Made by a program: the position numbers and the translations under genes
NCBI GenBank assembly: GCA_902515455.1
Contig: CABXUO010000004.1
Location: forward strand, 1-58,545
Reading direction: 5' to 3'
DNA length: 58,545 nt
From: an uncultured SAR86 cluster bacterium
Lineage (GTDB): Bacteria; Pseudomonadota; Gammaproteobacteria; Magnimaribacterales; D2472
The notes under the pieces: generated by a model
What the model saw: only the letters and a program-made list of their open reading frames with translations
Databases searched by the model: none
Told to the model about the DNA's origin: nothing
In this document: positions 30,094 through 40,027 of the stretch, piece after piece
Layout of the letters: each line of letters begins with the position of its first letter
Position numbering within the stretch: the stretch's first letter is position 1

Positions 30094-30139
30094 TATAAAT
30101 AAATGTATAAAAACTCAATAAATTTTTAGGAGAAAGAGA

Positions 30140-31120
30140 ATGTCAAAATATAAAACATACGAATACATTTGGCTTGACGGCTATCAGCCTGAGCCATCAA
30201 TGAGAAGCAAAGTAAAAGCTACTGATGCAGACACACCACCAGATTGGTCTTTTGATGGATCGTCGACTCAACAGGCTGAAGGCGGAAGCTCAGATTGTTT
30301 GCTGCTGCCTGTTCAAACATATGAAAATCCTCATGGTCATGACATTGTAATGACACAGGTACAATCAGCTGACCATACGACTCACCCAACAAATTTTAGA
30401 GCTGCTGCAGCTGATGTAGTCACTGATGAATGGTGGTTTGGATTTGAGCAAGAATTCTTCTTTACTGATCCTGAAACTGGAGAGCCACTAGGTTGGGAAA
30501 ATGGTGAGCCAAGAGCACAAGGAGATTTTTATTGCGGAGTTGGTGCTGGAAATGTTGTTGGTAGAGAAGTATCAGATCATCATTTACAAGCATGCCTTGA
30601 TCTTGGAATTAAATTAACCGGAACAAATGCTGAAGTTGCTCTTGGGCAATGGGAATATCAGTGCTTTGGTGAAGGTATTAAAGCAGCTGACGACCTATGG
30701 GTAAGTAGATATCTGCTTTATAAGATTGCTGAAGAGTATGGAGTTGGAGTAAATATTCATCCCAAACCAAAAACTGGAGACTGGAATGGCTCAGGAATGC
30801 ACACTAATTTTTCAAACGAAGAAATGAGATCAAATGGTACAGAGGAACTATTCTCTTCAATGTGTGAAAAGCTCGGTGAGGTTCATGAAGATGGAATTGC
30901 GGCTTATGGCTCTGATAACGATATGAGATTAACTGGTCTTCATGAAACTCAAAGCATCGATACATTCTCATATGGAGTCAGCGATCGAGGAGCTAGTATA
31001 AGGATACCAGTATACACTGTTGAGCATAACTGGAATGGTTACTTAGAAGACAGAAGACCAGCTTCAAATGCAGATCCTTACAAGATCCTAGCTCACATTG
31101 TTGGGACTCTTACAAAATAA
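30140..31120 (+). CDS. glnII: Glutamine synthetase type II
   Basis: 326 aa; EYIWLDG, WSFDGSSTQQAEG.SSDC, WFGFEQE, NAEV..GQWE, HPKP..GDWNGSGMH, RLTGLHET, DRGASIRIP, YLEDRRPASNADPY; AGGAG RBS. Confidence 0.93.
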   Translation: MSKYKTYEYIWLDGYQPEPSMRSKVKATDADTPPDWSFDGSSTQQAEGGSSDCLLLPVQTYENPHGHDIVMTQVQSADHTTHPTNFRAAAADVVTDEWWFGFEQEFFFTDPETGEPLGWENGEPRAQGDFYCGVGAGNVVGREVSDHHLQACLDLGIKLTGTNAEVALGQWEYQCFGEGIKAADDLWVSRYLLYKIAEEYGVGVNIHPKPKTGDWNGSGMHTNFSNEEMRSNGTEELFSSMCEKLGEVHEDGIAAYGSDNDMRLTGLHETQSIDTFSYGVSDRGASIRIPVYTVEHNWNGYLEDRRPASNADPYKILAHIVGTLTK

Positions 31121-31158
31121 ATTATAAATTGAGTAATTCTTATACAAAGATAGATCAG

Positions 31159-31191
31159 AAGCCCTCCTCTCCAGGGGGGCTTTATTTTTTT
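31159..31191 (+). terminator. Rho-independent terminator between the GS gene and ntrB
   Basis: AAGCCCTCCT-CTCC-AGGGGGGCTT hairpin followed by TATTTTTTT. Confidence 0.8.
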
Positions 31192-31198
31192 AGGTAGT

Positions 31199-32287
31199 AT
31201 GGATTTTTCAAATTTCCAAGCATTTGACAACTTAAATACTGAAATCATTATCTTAGATGGAGATAGTTTCAATTTAGTATGGATGAATGAAGCTGCAAAA
31301 GCTGCACATTGGACTGGTGATTCCTCTAAACTGAAAGGTAAAACAATTTTATCAATACTAGACGAACGAACTGGAGATCAAATCAATCAGATTCTTCGAA
31401 AAACTAAAAAGAATAATGGATCAGTTACCAAAAGAGACTTTGAGATTGTTCATAAGTCAGGGGATGCAAGAACAATTGATCTTACTATAACTTTTTCAGA
31501 CAAAAAGAACCTCGTATTTATTGAAGCTGTCAACATTGATAACCTCAATAAAATTATTGATTCAACTAGAAATTTTTCAACACAAAAAATAGCGGCAGGT
31601 TTAGCTAGAACCCTTGCTCATGAAGTGAAAAATCCTTTGTCAGGAATTAAAGGAAGCGCCCAAATTTTAAAATCAAAATATGAAGATGATTTCTCAAAAA
31701 AGTTTTTAAAAATTATTGAAGAAGAAACTGATAGACTAAATGAGATTGTAACCAGAATATTAACTCCAGCTAAAAAACCAACTTTTGAATATTTTAATCT
31801 TCATGAAGCTCTGCAGAGAGTTTTAGCTTTAAGCAATGCTGAATCTCAAGATAACTTAATCATTGAGAGGTACTATGATCCAAGTATTCCTGAAATTTAC
31901 GGGGACAAAAATTTATTTATTCAGGCCTTAATTAATATTACTCAGAATGCAGTTCATGCTTGCACGAATTTTGCAGAGAAACCATGTCTACAAATCCAAA
32001 CTAAAATCTCATACCGACAACCAATCAATGGAACAGTTCATAACACCCTAGCTGAAATAATCATTAGAGATAACGGGCCTGGAGTGAGCTCAGAGATTGA
32101 AGATCAAATTTTCTTCCCAATGATATCTGGTAAAGAAAATGGCTCTGGAATTGGGCTATCTATTTCTCAAGATATCGTGAGAATTCATGGTGGAGCAATA
32201 TCGTTTGATCGTAAAGATAAGCTAACAATATTTTCAATTTTAATACCTATATCTAATAACAATATTAATGGAGCCAAAAGTGCCTAA
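31199..32287 (+). CDS. ntrB: Nitrogen regulation sensor kinase NtrB
   Basis: PAS-like N-terminus; LAHEVKNPLSGIKGSAQ, YDPSIP, DNGPG, IFFPMISGK..GSGIGL. Confidence 0.95.
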   Translation: MDFSNFQAFDNLNTEIIILDGDSFNLVWMNEAAKAAHWTGDSSKLKGKTILSILDERTGDQINQILRKTKKNNGSVTKRDFEIVHKSGDARTIDLTITFSDKKNLVFIEAVNIDNLNKIIDSTRNFSTQKIAAGLARTLAHEVKNPLSGIKGSAQILKSKYEDDFSKKFLKIIEEETDRLNEIVTRILTPAKKPTFEYFNLHEALQRVLALSNAESQDNLIIERYYDPSIPEIYGDKNLFIQALINITQNAVHACTNFAEKPCLQIQTKISYRQPINGTVHNTLAEIIIRDNGPGVSSEIEDQIFFPMISGKENGSGIGLSISQDIVRIHGGAISFDRKDKLTIFSILIPISNNNINGAKSA

Positions 32288-33656
32288 AATATGGATAGCA
32301 GATGACGACGAGGCTATTCGTTTAGTGCTTGAGGAAGGTCTTAAGAGTGCTGGTTTTGAGATTAAAACATTTTCTAATGGCGAATTATTAATTGATGCTT
32401 TAAATACAGAGAAACCAGATTTAATTATCTCAGATATAAAAATGCCTGGTATGCATGGTTATGATCTTCTAAAACATGTAAAAAATAATTATGAAAGATT
32501 ACCAGTAATTATCATGACCGCTTTTACCGATATGCAAGCTGCTATTGATTCATATGGAGGTGGTGCTTTTGAATATATTCCTAAGCCATTTGATCTTGAG
32601 GAAGCTGTTATTACAATCCAAAAAGCCCTCGAAGAGCATAATGATGCCAAGCCAAAAAAGATTCCAAAAGCAGAAATTATTGGCTCAGCACCCTCAATGC
32701 AAATTGTCTTTAGATCAATTGGGAAGCTTGCCAATACTAATGCCACTGTTCTAATACAAGGAGAATCTGGAACGGGAAAAGAATTAGTCTCTAAGTCACT
32801 ACATAAAAATAGCCCTAGACATGATATGCCATTTATTGCTTTAAACATGGCCGATATTCCAAAAGAGCTCATTGAGTCAGAGTTATTTGGGCATGAAAAG
32901 GGGGCCTTTACTGGCGCAGTGGAACAAAGAATTGGTAGGTTTGAACAGGCAAATGGGGGAACTCTTTTCCTTGATGAGATTGGAGATATGCCTCTTGAAA
33001 CTCAGACTCGCTTACTAAGAGTCTTATCAAACAAAGAATTTTTTAGGGTTGGTGGAGATAAACCTATAAAAGTAGATGTTCGAATTTTAGCCGCTACACA
33101 TCAAAGCCTCGAATCACTTGTTGCCGCTGGTTCATTCAGAGAAGATCTCTACTATAGATTAAACGTTATCAGGGTTGATGTGCCTCCATTAAGACAAAGA
33201 AAAGAGGATATTGCTGACTTGTCATCTGCTTTTTTGAAAAGACATGCAGATTCCTTGATGGATGAGCCAAAAGTACTCTATCCAGAGGCCCTGCTTGCCT
33301 TAACTCAATATGATTGGCCAGGAAATGTGAGGCAATTAGAAAATATCTGTTATTGGATTGCTCTAATGGCGCCTACTCAAAATGTAAATTTAGAAGATCT
33401 TCCTGCGGAAATTATTAATAATGATCAGTCCGATAAAGCTGAAAATGAAAATTGGCAATCAGGATTATCGAATTGGCTTGGTGAAATTTATCAAAGCAAA
33501 TCAGAGAATATGCTCGAAATCATTGAACCAGAGTTAGATAAAGTGATCATTGATTTTGCCTTAAGCAAAACAGGCGGAAAAAAACAAGATGCAGCTAAGG
33601 TTTTGGGTATTGGAAGAAATACTCTCTCAAAAAAAATTAAAGCTCAAAAAGCTTAA
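32280..33656 (+). CDS. ntrC: Nitrogen regulation response regulator NtrC
   Basis: Receiver domain (ADDD, SDIKMPG), GESGTGKE, GAFTGA, DEIGD, WPGNVRQLEN, Fis-type HTH; GTG at 32280 has a GGAG RBS (track start 32268). Confidence 0.96.
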   Translation: MPKIWIADDDEAIRLVLEEGLKSAGFEIKTFSNGELLIDALNTEKPDLIISDIKMPGMHGYDLLKHVKNNYERLPVIIMTAFTDMQAAIDSYGGGAFEYIPKPFDLEEAVITIQKALEEHNDAKPKKIPKAEIIGSAPSMQIVFRSIGKLANTNATVLIQGESGTGKELVSKSLHKNSPRHDMPFIALNMADIPKELIESELFGHEKGAFTGAVEQRIGRFEQANGGTLFLDEIGDMPLETQTRLLRVLSNKEFFRVGGDKPIKVDVRILAATHQSLESLVAAGSFREDLYYRLNVIRVDVPPLRQRKEDIADLSSAFLKRHADSLMDEPKVLYPEALLALTQYDWPGNVRQLENICYWIALMAPTQNVNLEDLPAEIINNDQSDKAENENWQSGLSNWLGEIYQSKSENMLEIIEPELDKVIIDFALSKTGGKKQDAAKVLGIGRNTLSKKIKAQKA

Positions 33657-33904
33657 GTTAAAGCCTTTAATAAATTTTCAGATTCGTAAAGCTCATGCAA
33701 ATCATCACATCCCCCAATGTGGCTATTATCAAACCAAATTTGAGGCACAGATGTTTTTCCAGCTTTTGCTGCCATTTCCGCCCTTAGCTTAGGCTTGAAA
33801 TCAACAGAAATTTCTTTATAAGCTATATCTAATTTTTTAAATAACCTCTTAGCTTTAAAGCAATATGGGCATGTTTTTGTTGTATAAATAGTTACTTCTT
33901 TCAT
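33653..33904 (-). CDS. grxC: Glutaredoxin 3
   Basis: CPYC, SVPQI, IGGCDDL. Confidence 0.95.
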   Translation of the reverse strand: MKEVTIYTTKTCPYCFKAKRLFKKLDIAYKEISVDFKPKLRAEMAAKAGKTSVPQIWFDNSHIGGCDDLHELYESENLLKALT

Positions 33905-33919
33905 TGGGTAGATTATATA

Positions 33920-34357
33920 TTATTTCAATTTAATACTTTGAACAGTATTACCCTTTACCTGAAAATTTGCTTGCTGAAAAGAGGGCCCGGACAGCTTACC
34001 CATCGCATTATTAGAAAAACCATATTGCTCTTTTGGTATACCAAGAAAATTTTTATCTATCTTCAAATTTTTATTTGCATCAATAAAAAGTGCAATGGCA
34101 TAAGTTCCCTCGGGGAGATCAATACTAAACTCATGACTGTCTCTAAGTTCAATGTAAGAATCAATTCCAGAAAAAAGACCTCTTTCTGATCTCCCTTCCC
34201 CTTTTACAGATTGGTCATACGCTTCTGCATTATTGTAGATACCTAAATTCAAAATGCCTGCCTTGGTTTGTCCCGATATTTTTATAATCAATTCATCTGC
34301 GGAAATATTAATGATGAGAAATGGAATAAAGATTAAAAACTTAATATTGAAATTCAT
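33920..34357 (-). CDS. DUF2141 family exported protein
   Basis: LPEGTYAIALFID.N.N..ID.NFLGIPKEQYGFSNN. Confidence 0.85.
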   Translation of the reverse strand: MNFNIKFLIFIPFLIINISADELIIKISGQTKAGILNLGIYNNAEAYDQSVKGEGRSERGLFSGIDSYIELRDSHEFSIDLPEGTYAIALFIDANKNLKIDKNFLGIPKEQYGFSNNAMGKLSGPSFQQANFQVKGNTVQSIKLK

Positions 34358-34360
34358 AAG

Positions 34361-34780
34361 CTACTTTACTTTGACCAATGGAAGCCCTTCTTGTTGCCAA
34401 GTTGAAATCCCACCCTGTAGTACGTGAGTTTGTTTAAAGCCATATTTCTGCATCTTTTCACCAGCTAAAGCTGCATTTCTTCCCATTTTGCAAATTAACA
34501 CGATAGGATTGTCTTGATCTCTTAATAATTCTTCATTTCTGTTTTCTAATTCGTCGAAGGGAATATTCACAGATCCTGCAATTGCACCAGTTTCAAATTC
34601 GCTTTTGGGTCTAACATCTAATAAACGGGCAGACTGTTTATTCACCAAATTAGTGAGTTGAGTACAATCTACTCGATTTCCACCCCTTCTTGTCTCAGAG
34701 CGAAACCATAGAACAATAGAAAGAAACAAAGGCACAGAAAAATACCAATAGTCTATTAAAAATAAATTGAATTCCAGCAT
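34361..34780 (-). CDS. Membrane-anchored rhodanese-like protein (YibN type)
   Basis: N-terminal TM segment, LDVR, CKMG, LQGGISTW..GLP; adjacent to grxC. Confidence 0.88.
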   Translation of the reverse strand: MLEFNLFLIDYWYFSVPLFLSIVLWFRSETRRGGNRVDCTQLTNLVNKQSARLLDVRPKSEFETGAIAGSVNIPFDELENRNEELLRDQDNPIVLICKMGRNAALAGEKMQKYGFKQTHVLQGGISTWQQEGLPLVKVK

Positions 34781-34825
34781 GAGCCTATTATCGCTTAAAA
34801 TATATTTATTGGTGAGATTTATATT

Positions 34826-35452
34826 ATGAAAAATAAAAATTTTTTAGTTCTAGTTCGTCATGGGCAAAGTGAATGGAATGCTAAAAACTTATTCACGGGA
34901 TGGAAAGATCCAGGGTTAACAAGTGATGGGAAAAAAGAAGCAATTAATGCAGGCTCGCTAATCAAACAAAGAGATATTCAATTTTCAATGATGTTCACCT
35001 CAGACCTAAAGAGAGCGCAAATTACTGGTCAAATAATTTTAGATGGTATAGAACAAACTGATATTAAGGTTGTAAAAAATCAAGCTTTAAATGAGAGAAA
35101 TTATGGAGAACTTTCAGGCCTTAATAAGGACGATGCTCGAAAAGAATGGGGAGAAAAACAAGTTCATATCTGGAGAAGATCATATGATGTTCCTCCTCCT
35201 GGAGGCGAAAGTTTAAAAGATACAGCTGATAGGGTTTTGCCATATTTTAATAACTCAATTCTACCTAAAATTATGCAAGGTGAGAATATCTTAGTGGCTG
35301 CACATGGAAATTCGCTTAGATCTTTAGTTATGCAACTTGATAATTTGTCAAAGGAAGAGGTAGTGGCTTTGGAGATTCCAACTGGTGCCCCAATAATTTA
35401 TTCCTTTGATGGAAATATAAAACCCATTTTTAAAGAAAATCTTTTTGAATAA
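34826..35452 (+). CDS. gpmA: 2,3-bisphosphoglycerate-dependent phosphoglycerate mutase
   Basis: [49 protein letters not shown]. Confidence 0.96.
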   Translation: MKNKNFLVLVRHGQSEWNAKNLFTGWKDPGLTSDGKKEAINAGSLIKQRDIQFSMMFTSDLKRAQITGQIILDGIEQTDIKVVKNQALNERNYGELSGLNKDDARKEWGEKQVHIWRRSYDVPPPGGESLKDTADRVLPYFNNSILPKIMQGENILVAAHGNSLRSLVMQLDNLSKEEVVALEIPTGAPIIYSFDGNIKPIFKENLFE

Positions 35453-36446
35453 TCTAAGACAGCACATCTCACAAAAAATCGTTCAGTGGTACCTGAATAA
35501 TGGAAGGCATGATTTACCATGGAGGCAAAAAGTTACTCCATATAGAATTTGGATCTCTGAGATTATGCTTCAACAAACTCAAGTAAAAACAGCCACGCCA
35601 TATTTTAAAAATTTTATTAAAAAATACCCAACTCAAAAAAAATTATCTGAGGCTACTGAAGATCAAATTTTGGCATTATGGTCTGGGCTCGGTTTTTATA
35701 GAAGAGCTAGAAATATATTCAAGACGAAAGAAATTATAAAAGAGAAATATAACAATAGATTCCCTAAAAAATTTCATCAATTACTAGAACTTCCTGGAAT
35801 TGGTAAGTCTACTGCCGGAGCAATTATGTCTTTAGCTTATCAAAATCCGCATCCCATATTGGATGGGAATGTTAAAAGAGTAATAACTAGACTAGTCAAT
35901 AAGAACATCGATTTGCTTAAGGAAAGTCAATTATGGGATCTATCTAGCCAATTTGTTAATAAAGAAAATTGCTTTGCTTATACTCAGGGTATTATGGACT
36001 TAGGGGCTACTGTTTGTACTCCTACAAATCCGTCATGCAAAGATTGTCCCGTTCAAAATCAATGCATGTCTGCATTTAATATAATCAACAATAAAAAGAG
36101 GAAAGTTGCTCAACTAAAAAAAGTTATTCCAATGAATTTATCTTTAATTCAAACTGAAGATTCATTATTGCTTGTCAAAAATGAAGCAAGCTCTATCTGG
36201 AAAAATCTTTGGATTCCCTTTGAATCAAGATCATTAGAAAGTTATACAAATAGCTTTAAGCTCACATCAAGTCAAAAAATTCAGCATGAGCTTACACACA
36301 GAAGGCTGAATATAAAATTAAATACCTACATATCTACAAATGAGTCAGAAATAAAGACAAATAAAAAATATAAATGGATAAAAAAGGATAGAATAAATGA
36401 ATATGGTCTTCCTAAACCGATCAGCAAAGTAATTAATGAACTATGA
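35445..36446 (+). CDS. mutY: A/G-specific adenine glycosylase
   Basis: [50 protein letters not shown]. Confidence 0.96.
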   Translation: MNNLRQHISQKIVQWYLNNGRHDLPWRQKVTPYRIWISEIMLQQTQVKTATPYFKNFIKKYPTQKKLSEATEDQILALWSGLGFYRRARNIFKTKEIIKEKYNNRFPKKFHQLLELPGIGKSTAGAIMSLAYQNPHPILDGNVKRVITRLVNKNIDLLKESQLWDLSSQFVNKENCFAYTQGIMDLGATVCTPTNPSCKDCPVQNQCMSAFNIINNKKRKVAQLKKVIPMNLSLIQTEDSLLLVKNEASSIWKNLWIPFESRSLESYTNSFKLTSSQKIQHELTHRRLNIKLNTYISTNESEIKTNKKYKWIKKDRINEYGLPKPISKVINEL

Positions 36447-36712
36447 GTAAGACAGTTTTTTGCAAGAAACTTCAAAAAGAGTTACCTGCCATGATAATAC
36501 CTCCAATGCCAGGTAAAAAAGGTATAGAGTTAATGGAAACTGTATCATTAGAGGCATGGGAGGCTTGGAAATCGCATCAAACCACGCTTATTAATGAGAA
36601 ACATCTAGATCTCTCAAAGGATGAAGACCGTCAATGGTTACTAGAGCAAATGGAAAAATACTTTAATAATGAAGAAGTAGAGCAAGCATCTGGATTTAAA
36701 GCTTTAGACTAA
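36443..36712 (+). CDS. yggX: Fe(II)-trafficking / oxidative damage protection protein
   Basis: VFCKK, PG..G, AW..W..HQTTLINEK.L; follows mutY. Confidence 0.94.
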   Translation: MSKTVFCKKLQKELPAMIIPPMPGKKGIELMETVSLEAWEAWKSHQTTLINEKHLDLSKDEDRQWLLEQMEKYFNNEEVEQASGFKALD

Positions 36713-36733
36713 AATTTTTTTTTAAAAAATAAA

Positions 36734-37498
36734 TTAAGAATTCCACCAAGCCACGTCCGAGAATGCTCTGATGTCGATTTCATGCGTCCAAGCAGATCTA
36801 TGTTGCTGAGATAAATAGTAGTAAGTATCTGCAACGCTTGTAGGTAAAATCAAGCCATCATGCTCCATTCCTCTTGTCTCACGCAATTGTTGGAATAACT
36901 CCTCTCCGAGCATTTTTCCTAGGGTATCAGGAGCATCAACCATACCATCAACTACAATGTGAGCTACATGAATTCCCTTGGATGCAAATTCTGCATTTAA
37001 AGTTTGACACAACATCCTTCTTCCACCCATAGCTGCAGCATGTGAATGCTGATTCTTGTTGCCTCGCATTGCAGCTGTTGCCGAAGTTACAAGAAATGTC
37101 CCTGAACTTCTATCTTCCATAATCGGCATTAAAACTTTTGCTACTCTAAAAAGCCCAAGATTTGCCATTCTCCAGCCCCATTCAAACTCTTTTAAAGATG
37201 TTTCATTAAGCAGCTTCATTCCTGTTTGAGCACCAAGGTTGTAGACAAGGACTTCAATAGGGCCAACGTCTTTTTCAATCCTAAGAATTAGTTCTTCCAA
37301 GGCATTGTCTTCAATTGCATTAATTAAATAACCTGTTGCTGATCCACCTGCCTGCTCTATGTCAGAAACAAGTTGATCTAAACCTTTTTGATCAGATCTT
37401 CTGCATAAACATGAATGGAAGCCCTCTTTTGCAAACTTTTTTGCAACAGTGCCTCCAATGCCTGCGCCAGCTCCCAAGACTAAACAAACTTGTTTCAT
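36734..37498 (-). CDS. Short-chain dehydrogenase/reductase
   Basis: LGAGAGIG, TSATAAMRG, GIHVAHIVVDG, SAWTHE. Confidence 0.88.
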   Translation of the reverse strand: MKQVCLVLGAGAGIGGTVAKKFAKEGFHSCLCRRSDQKGLDQLVSDIEQAGGSATGYLINAIEDNALEELILRIEKDVGPIEVLVYNLGAQTGMKLLNETSLKEFEWGWRMANLGLFRVAKVLMPIMEDRSSGTFLVTSATAAMRGNKNQHSHAAAMGGRRMLCQTLNAEFASKGIHVAHIVVDGMVDAPDTLGKMLGEELFQQLRETRGMEHDGLILPTSVADTYYYLSQQHRSAWTHEIDIRAFSDVAWWNS

Positions 37499-37618
37499 AG
37501 AAATTTCTTATGCCTCAGATTCAATTGTTGCTTTAACTGTTTTTTTACTTTAACTTTTTATTTTCAAAAATCATAGTAAGGACGAAAAATGGAGATGAAA
37601 TATGGAAGATTAATTTTA

Positions 37619-39961
37619 TTAGAAGCGAAACTCATATGGATATCCATGGAAAACTATCTGATTTATTCCTGCTGCAAATGCATTGCCAGCTAGCCTTTCA
37701 ACATCATTTTGCTTTAACCTATCATAATTAAAGTCTATTTTTATAAATGACTCTGAGCTTATAATTTTTCTATTAGCAACATTGCCAGCTGAAGATGCCA
37801 ATTTTAAAAAATCAAAACTTCCTCCAGCGAAGAGACCCTCACTCTCAGGAATATCTGCAATGGCATATGCATCTAGATAATTCCCATATCCACCATGTGC
37901 TTGAAGCCTTAATTTAATATTTAAGGAGCTTGCCCAACTTTTGATTGGTAATAGAAACTCTGTCATGAAAAGCTGTTCTCTGGTATTTAGGTAGTCCTCG
38001 TATACTCTTTCACTAAGGTTATGTTCTGACTTGTATACAAATTCTTCACCAAATATTGCATATAAGTATTTCGATTCTCCATTCTTTTTAAAAATTAAAG
38101 GCAGGTATGGAGCAATACTATACCCATGCATCTCCTCAAAAGTTTTAAAAAACTTTTGTGACCAAGGCAGCTCACCAATCAGCTCAAAACTATCAATGAA
38201 AAAGTTTCTAGGCTTATAGGGTTGAATATTTTTAATCCATTGATTCCCAAGCTTCTCAATATATTCCTCAATTCCTCCTTTATTTAAATGATCCAATACC
38301 AGAGACTCATCCCAAGCCCCTTTATAAGCAGAGCCAAGAGTATTATGAGAAACATTATTTTGATAAATAAAAAACAATTTATATTTGCCTTTTGGAATAT
38401 CTAATTTAAGTCCTGCGCCATCAAATAAATCTGTAACATCTCTAAATTCACTCAAAGTTTCTTTTTTTGTTGATCGCTTTACTCTTGTCAGAATAACTTT
38501 TACTAAATGAGTGTCTTTATCAAAGTTTCCAATAGTTTTATTAACAATGAAGTTAGTTTTATTTACATATGAAGGTTCTTTAATTTTCGCTGGTTGAAAT
38601 ACTCCGCTTACAGGACCAATGATATCTATCTCCGATTTTATTAGTTGCTGTGCGGGAAAATCCTTAATGAATGGTCCTCCACTCGACCAGCCACTTCCAA
38701 GGGTAAGATCTACATTTAATTTTAAAGAACTTGCCTCTGAAAAAAGATATTTAAGATTATCGAAAAAAGGCTTTTCTCCAACTTGAAAGATTTTATTTTC
38801 ATTTTGCATTAAATATTTTTTTGGCATTCCAATTGTCAATGTTTGCAGCTCAATTGAAGAAAACTTAGCTTGTTTAAATTTTTTAAGTTCTGTTTGAATC
38901 TGCGATTTTTCTACAACATTTCCTGGCCACCACCATCTTAAAACTGGAAAGTAACTTTCATCTGGATTGGCCCATTCATCAACTTTAAAACAATTTTCAT
39001 TATTTGAACTTTTTCTTTGACTAAGAACTAAGATTTTTGCTTTGCCCCCCTCCAAAGATAATGTAAATTTTTTATCGGAATTTTTATTTAAAAATTCTTT
39101 TATTACTCCGTCATAAGGATCAAGAATTTTTATACTTATAAAAGAGTCATCTATGCGAAAATTTCTTTCACTTAATTGATAAGAGTCATTAAAAAAATAA
39201 ATAATTTTATAAGAGCCACATGACCTAATAGCTGATCTAAAGTAATTTTTATCCTCATTTACAAAAGTTATCGATGGATTAATATTTAAATTATTTAGAA
39301 CTTTTATTAGATCTTTTGAATCGTTGAGTTGGTGGACAAGCTTAGAAATCTGTTCTATATACCCAACAACTTCTTTATCTCTTATTTCAAAATTAGACAA
39401 TCCAGTTGCACGTTGCGGAAAATCACCTATGAAAATTACTTCCAACCCTTCATTTATATGGGCAAGAATTTTCTTCAAAATACTCGGAGATGTATGCTCT
39501 AGGTCAGTTATAAGTAATATTTGATAAGAAGCTTTTCCTATATTTAATTTATTATCAAAAACTGTTGATGACAAAATATTTTTTTTGCTAATCCGATCAT
39601 AGGTATAACCATTTAAATTTATTAATCTACTAGTTTCAGACTCTTGCTTATTTGGATTTAATTTTTGGAATTGAAAATTCGGTTCATCGGGCCAATCATT
39701 GCTATTTAAAAACCATGCAACATTTATTTCTGGAACTCCAAGCTGCATTGCATAAGACATTCTAGCTATGCTTGTATTTAGCTCACTTACATTTTGCCAG
39801 TTGGTTCCGTAATTAAAATTGCTGGTTAAGGCAATAGGACCTGCTGTATATAATTTACCGAAAAATGAATTTGGAAATGGGTACCATTTGTTTTCGTCAG
39901 AGCTGCAACCTAAAAATAAAATTAAAGGGAGCAACAGCAAGATTTTTTTTAAATTAATCAA
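37619..39961 (-). CDS. Lipoprotein glycoside hydrolase, GH106 (alpha-L-rhamnosidase)-like, circularly permuted
   Basis: Lipobox FLGC; RWWWPGN, GSGWSSGGP, FIDSFE, GYSIAPYLP, QAHG, DIPESE, KLASSA, SESF, GINQIVFHG; N-half has ARMSYAMQLG.P, GYTYDRI, YFFND. Confidence 0.8.
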   Translation of the reverse strand: MINLKKILLLLPLILFLGCSSDENKWYPFPNSFFGKLYTAGPIALTSNFNYGTNWQNVSELNTSIARMSYAMQLGVPEINVAWFLNSNDWPDEPNFQFQKLNPNKQESETSRLINLNGYTYDRISKKNILSSTVFDNKLNIGKASYQILLITDLEHTSPSILKKILAHINEGLEVIFIGDFPQRATGLSNFEIRDKEVVGYIEQISKLVHQLNDSKDLIKVLNNLNINPSITFVNEDKNYFRSAIRSCGSYKIIYFFNDSYQLSERNFRIDDSFISIKILDPYDGVIKEFLNKNSDKKFTLSLEGGKAKILVLSQRKSSNNENCFKVDEWANPDESYFPVLRWWWPGNVVEKSQIQTELKKFKQAKFSSIELQTLTIGMPKKYLMQNENKIFQVGEKPFFDNLKYLFSEASSLKLNVDLTLGSGWSSGGPFIKDFPAQQLIKSEIDIIGPVSGVFQPAKIKEPSYVNKTNFIVNKTIGNFDKDTHLVKVILTRVKRSTKKETLSEFRDVTDLFDGAGLKLDIPKGKYKLFFIYQNNVSHNTLGSAYKGAWDESLVLDHLNKGGIEEYIEKLGNQWIKNIQPYKPRNFFIDSFELIGELPWSQKFFKTFEEMHGYSIAPYLPLIFKKNGESKYLYAIFGEEFVYKSEHNLSERVYEDYLNTREQLFMTEFLLPIKSWASSLNIKLRLQAHGGYGNYLDAYAIADIPESEGLFAGGSFDFLKLASSAGNVANRKIISSESFIKIDFNYDRLKQNDVERLAGNAFAAGINQIVFHGYPYEFRF

Positions 39962-40027
39962 ATTATTAATATTTTAAATCTAATTTAAAATAAATGGATA
40001 GCAAGCAATAATTTTAATGGAGAATAC

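Noticed and set aside
35383-35390. TGGTGCCC matching the tRNA-Phe 3' end (possible att repeat)
   Set aside because: Only 8 bp and inside the conserved IPTGAP codons of gpmA; a chance match.
39970-39992. Inverted repeat TATTTTAAAT-CTA-ATTTAAAATA between GH106 and the small ORF
   Set aside because: The arms are A/T only and expected by chance; no regulator gene nearby.
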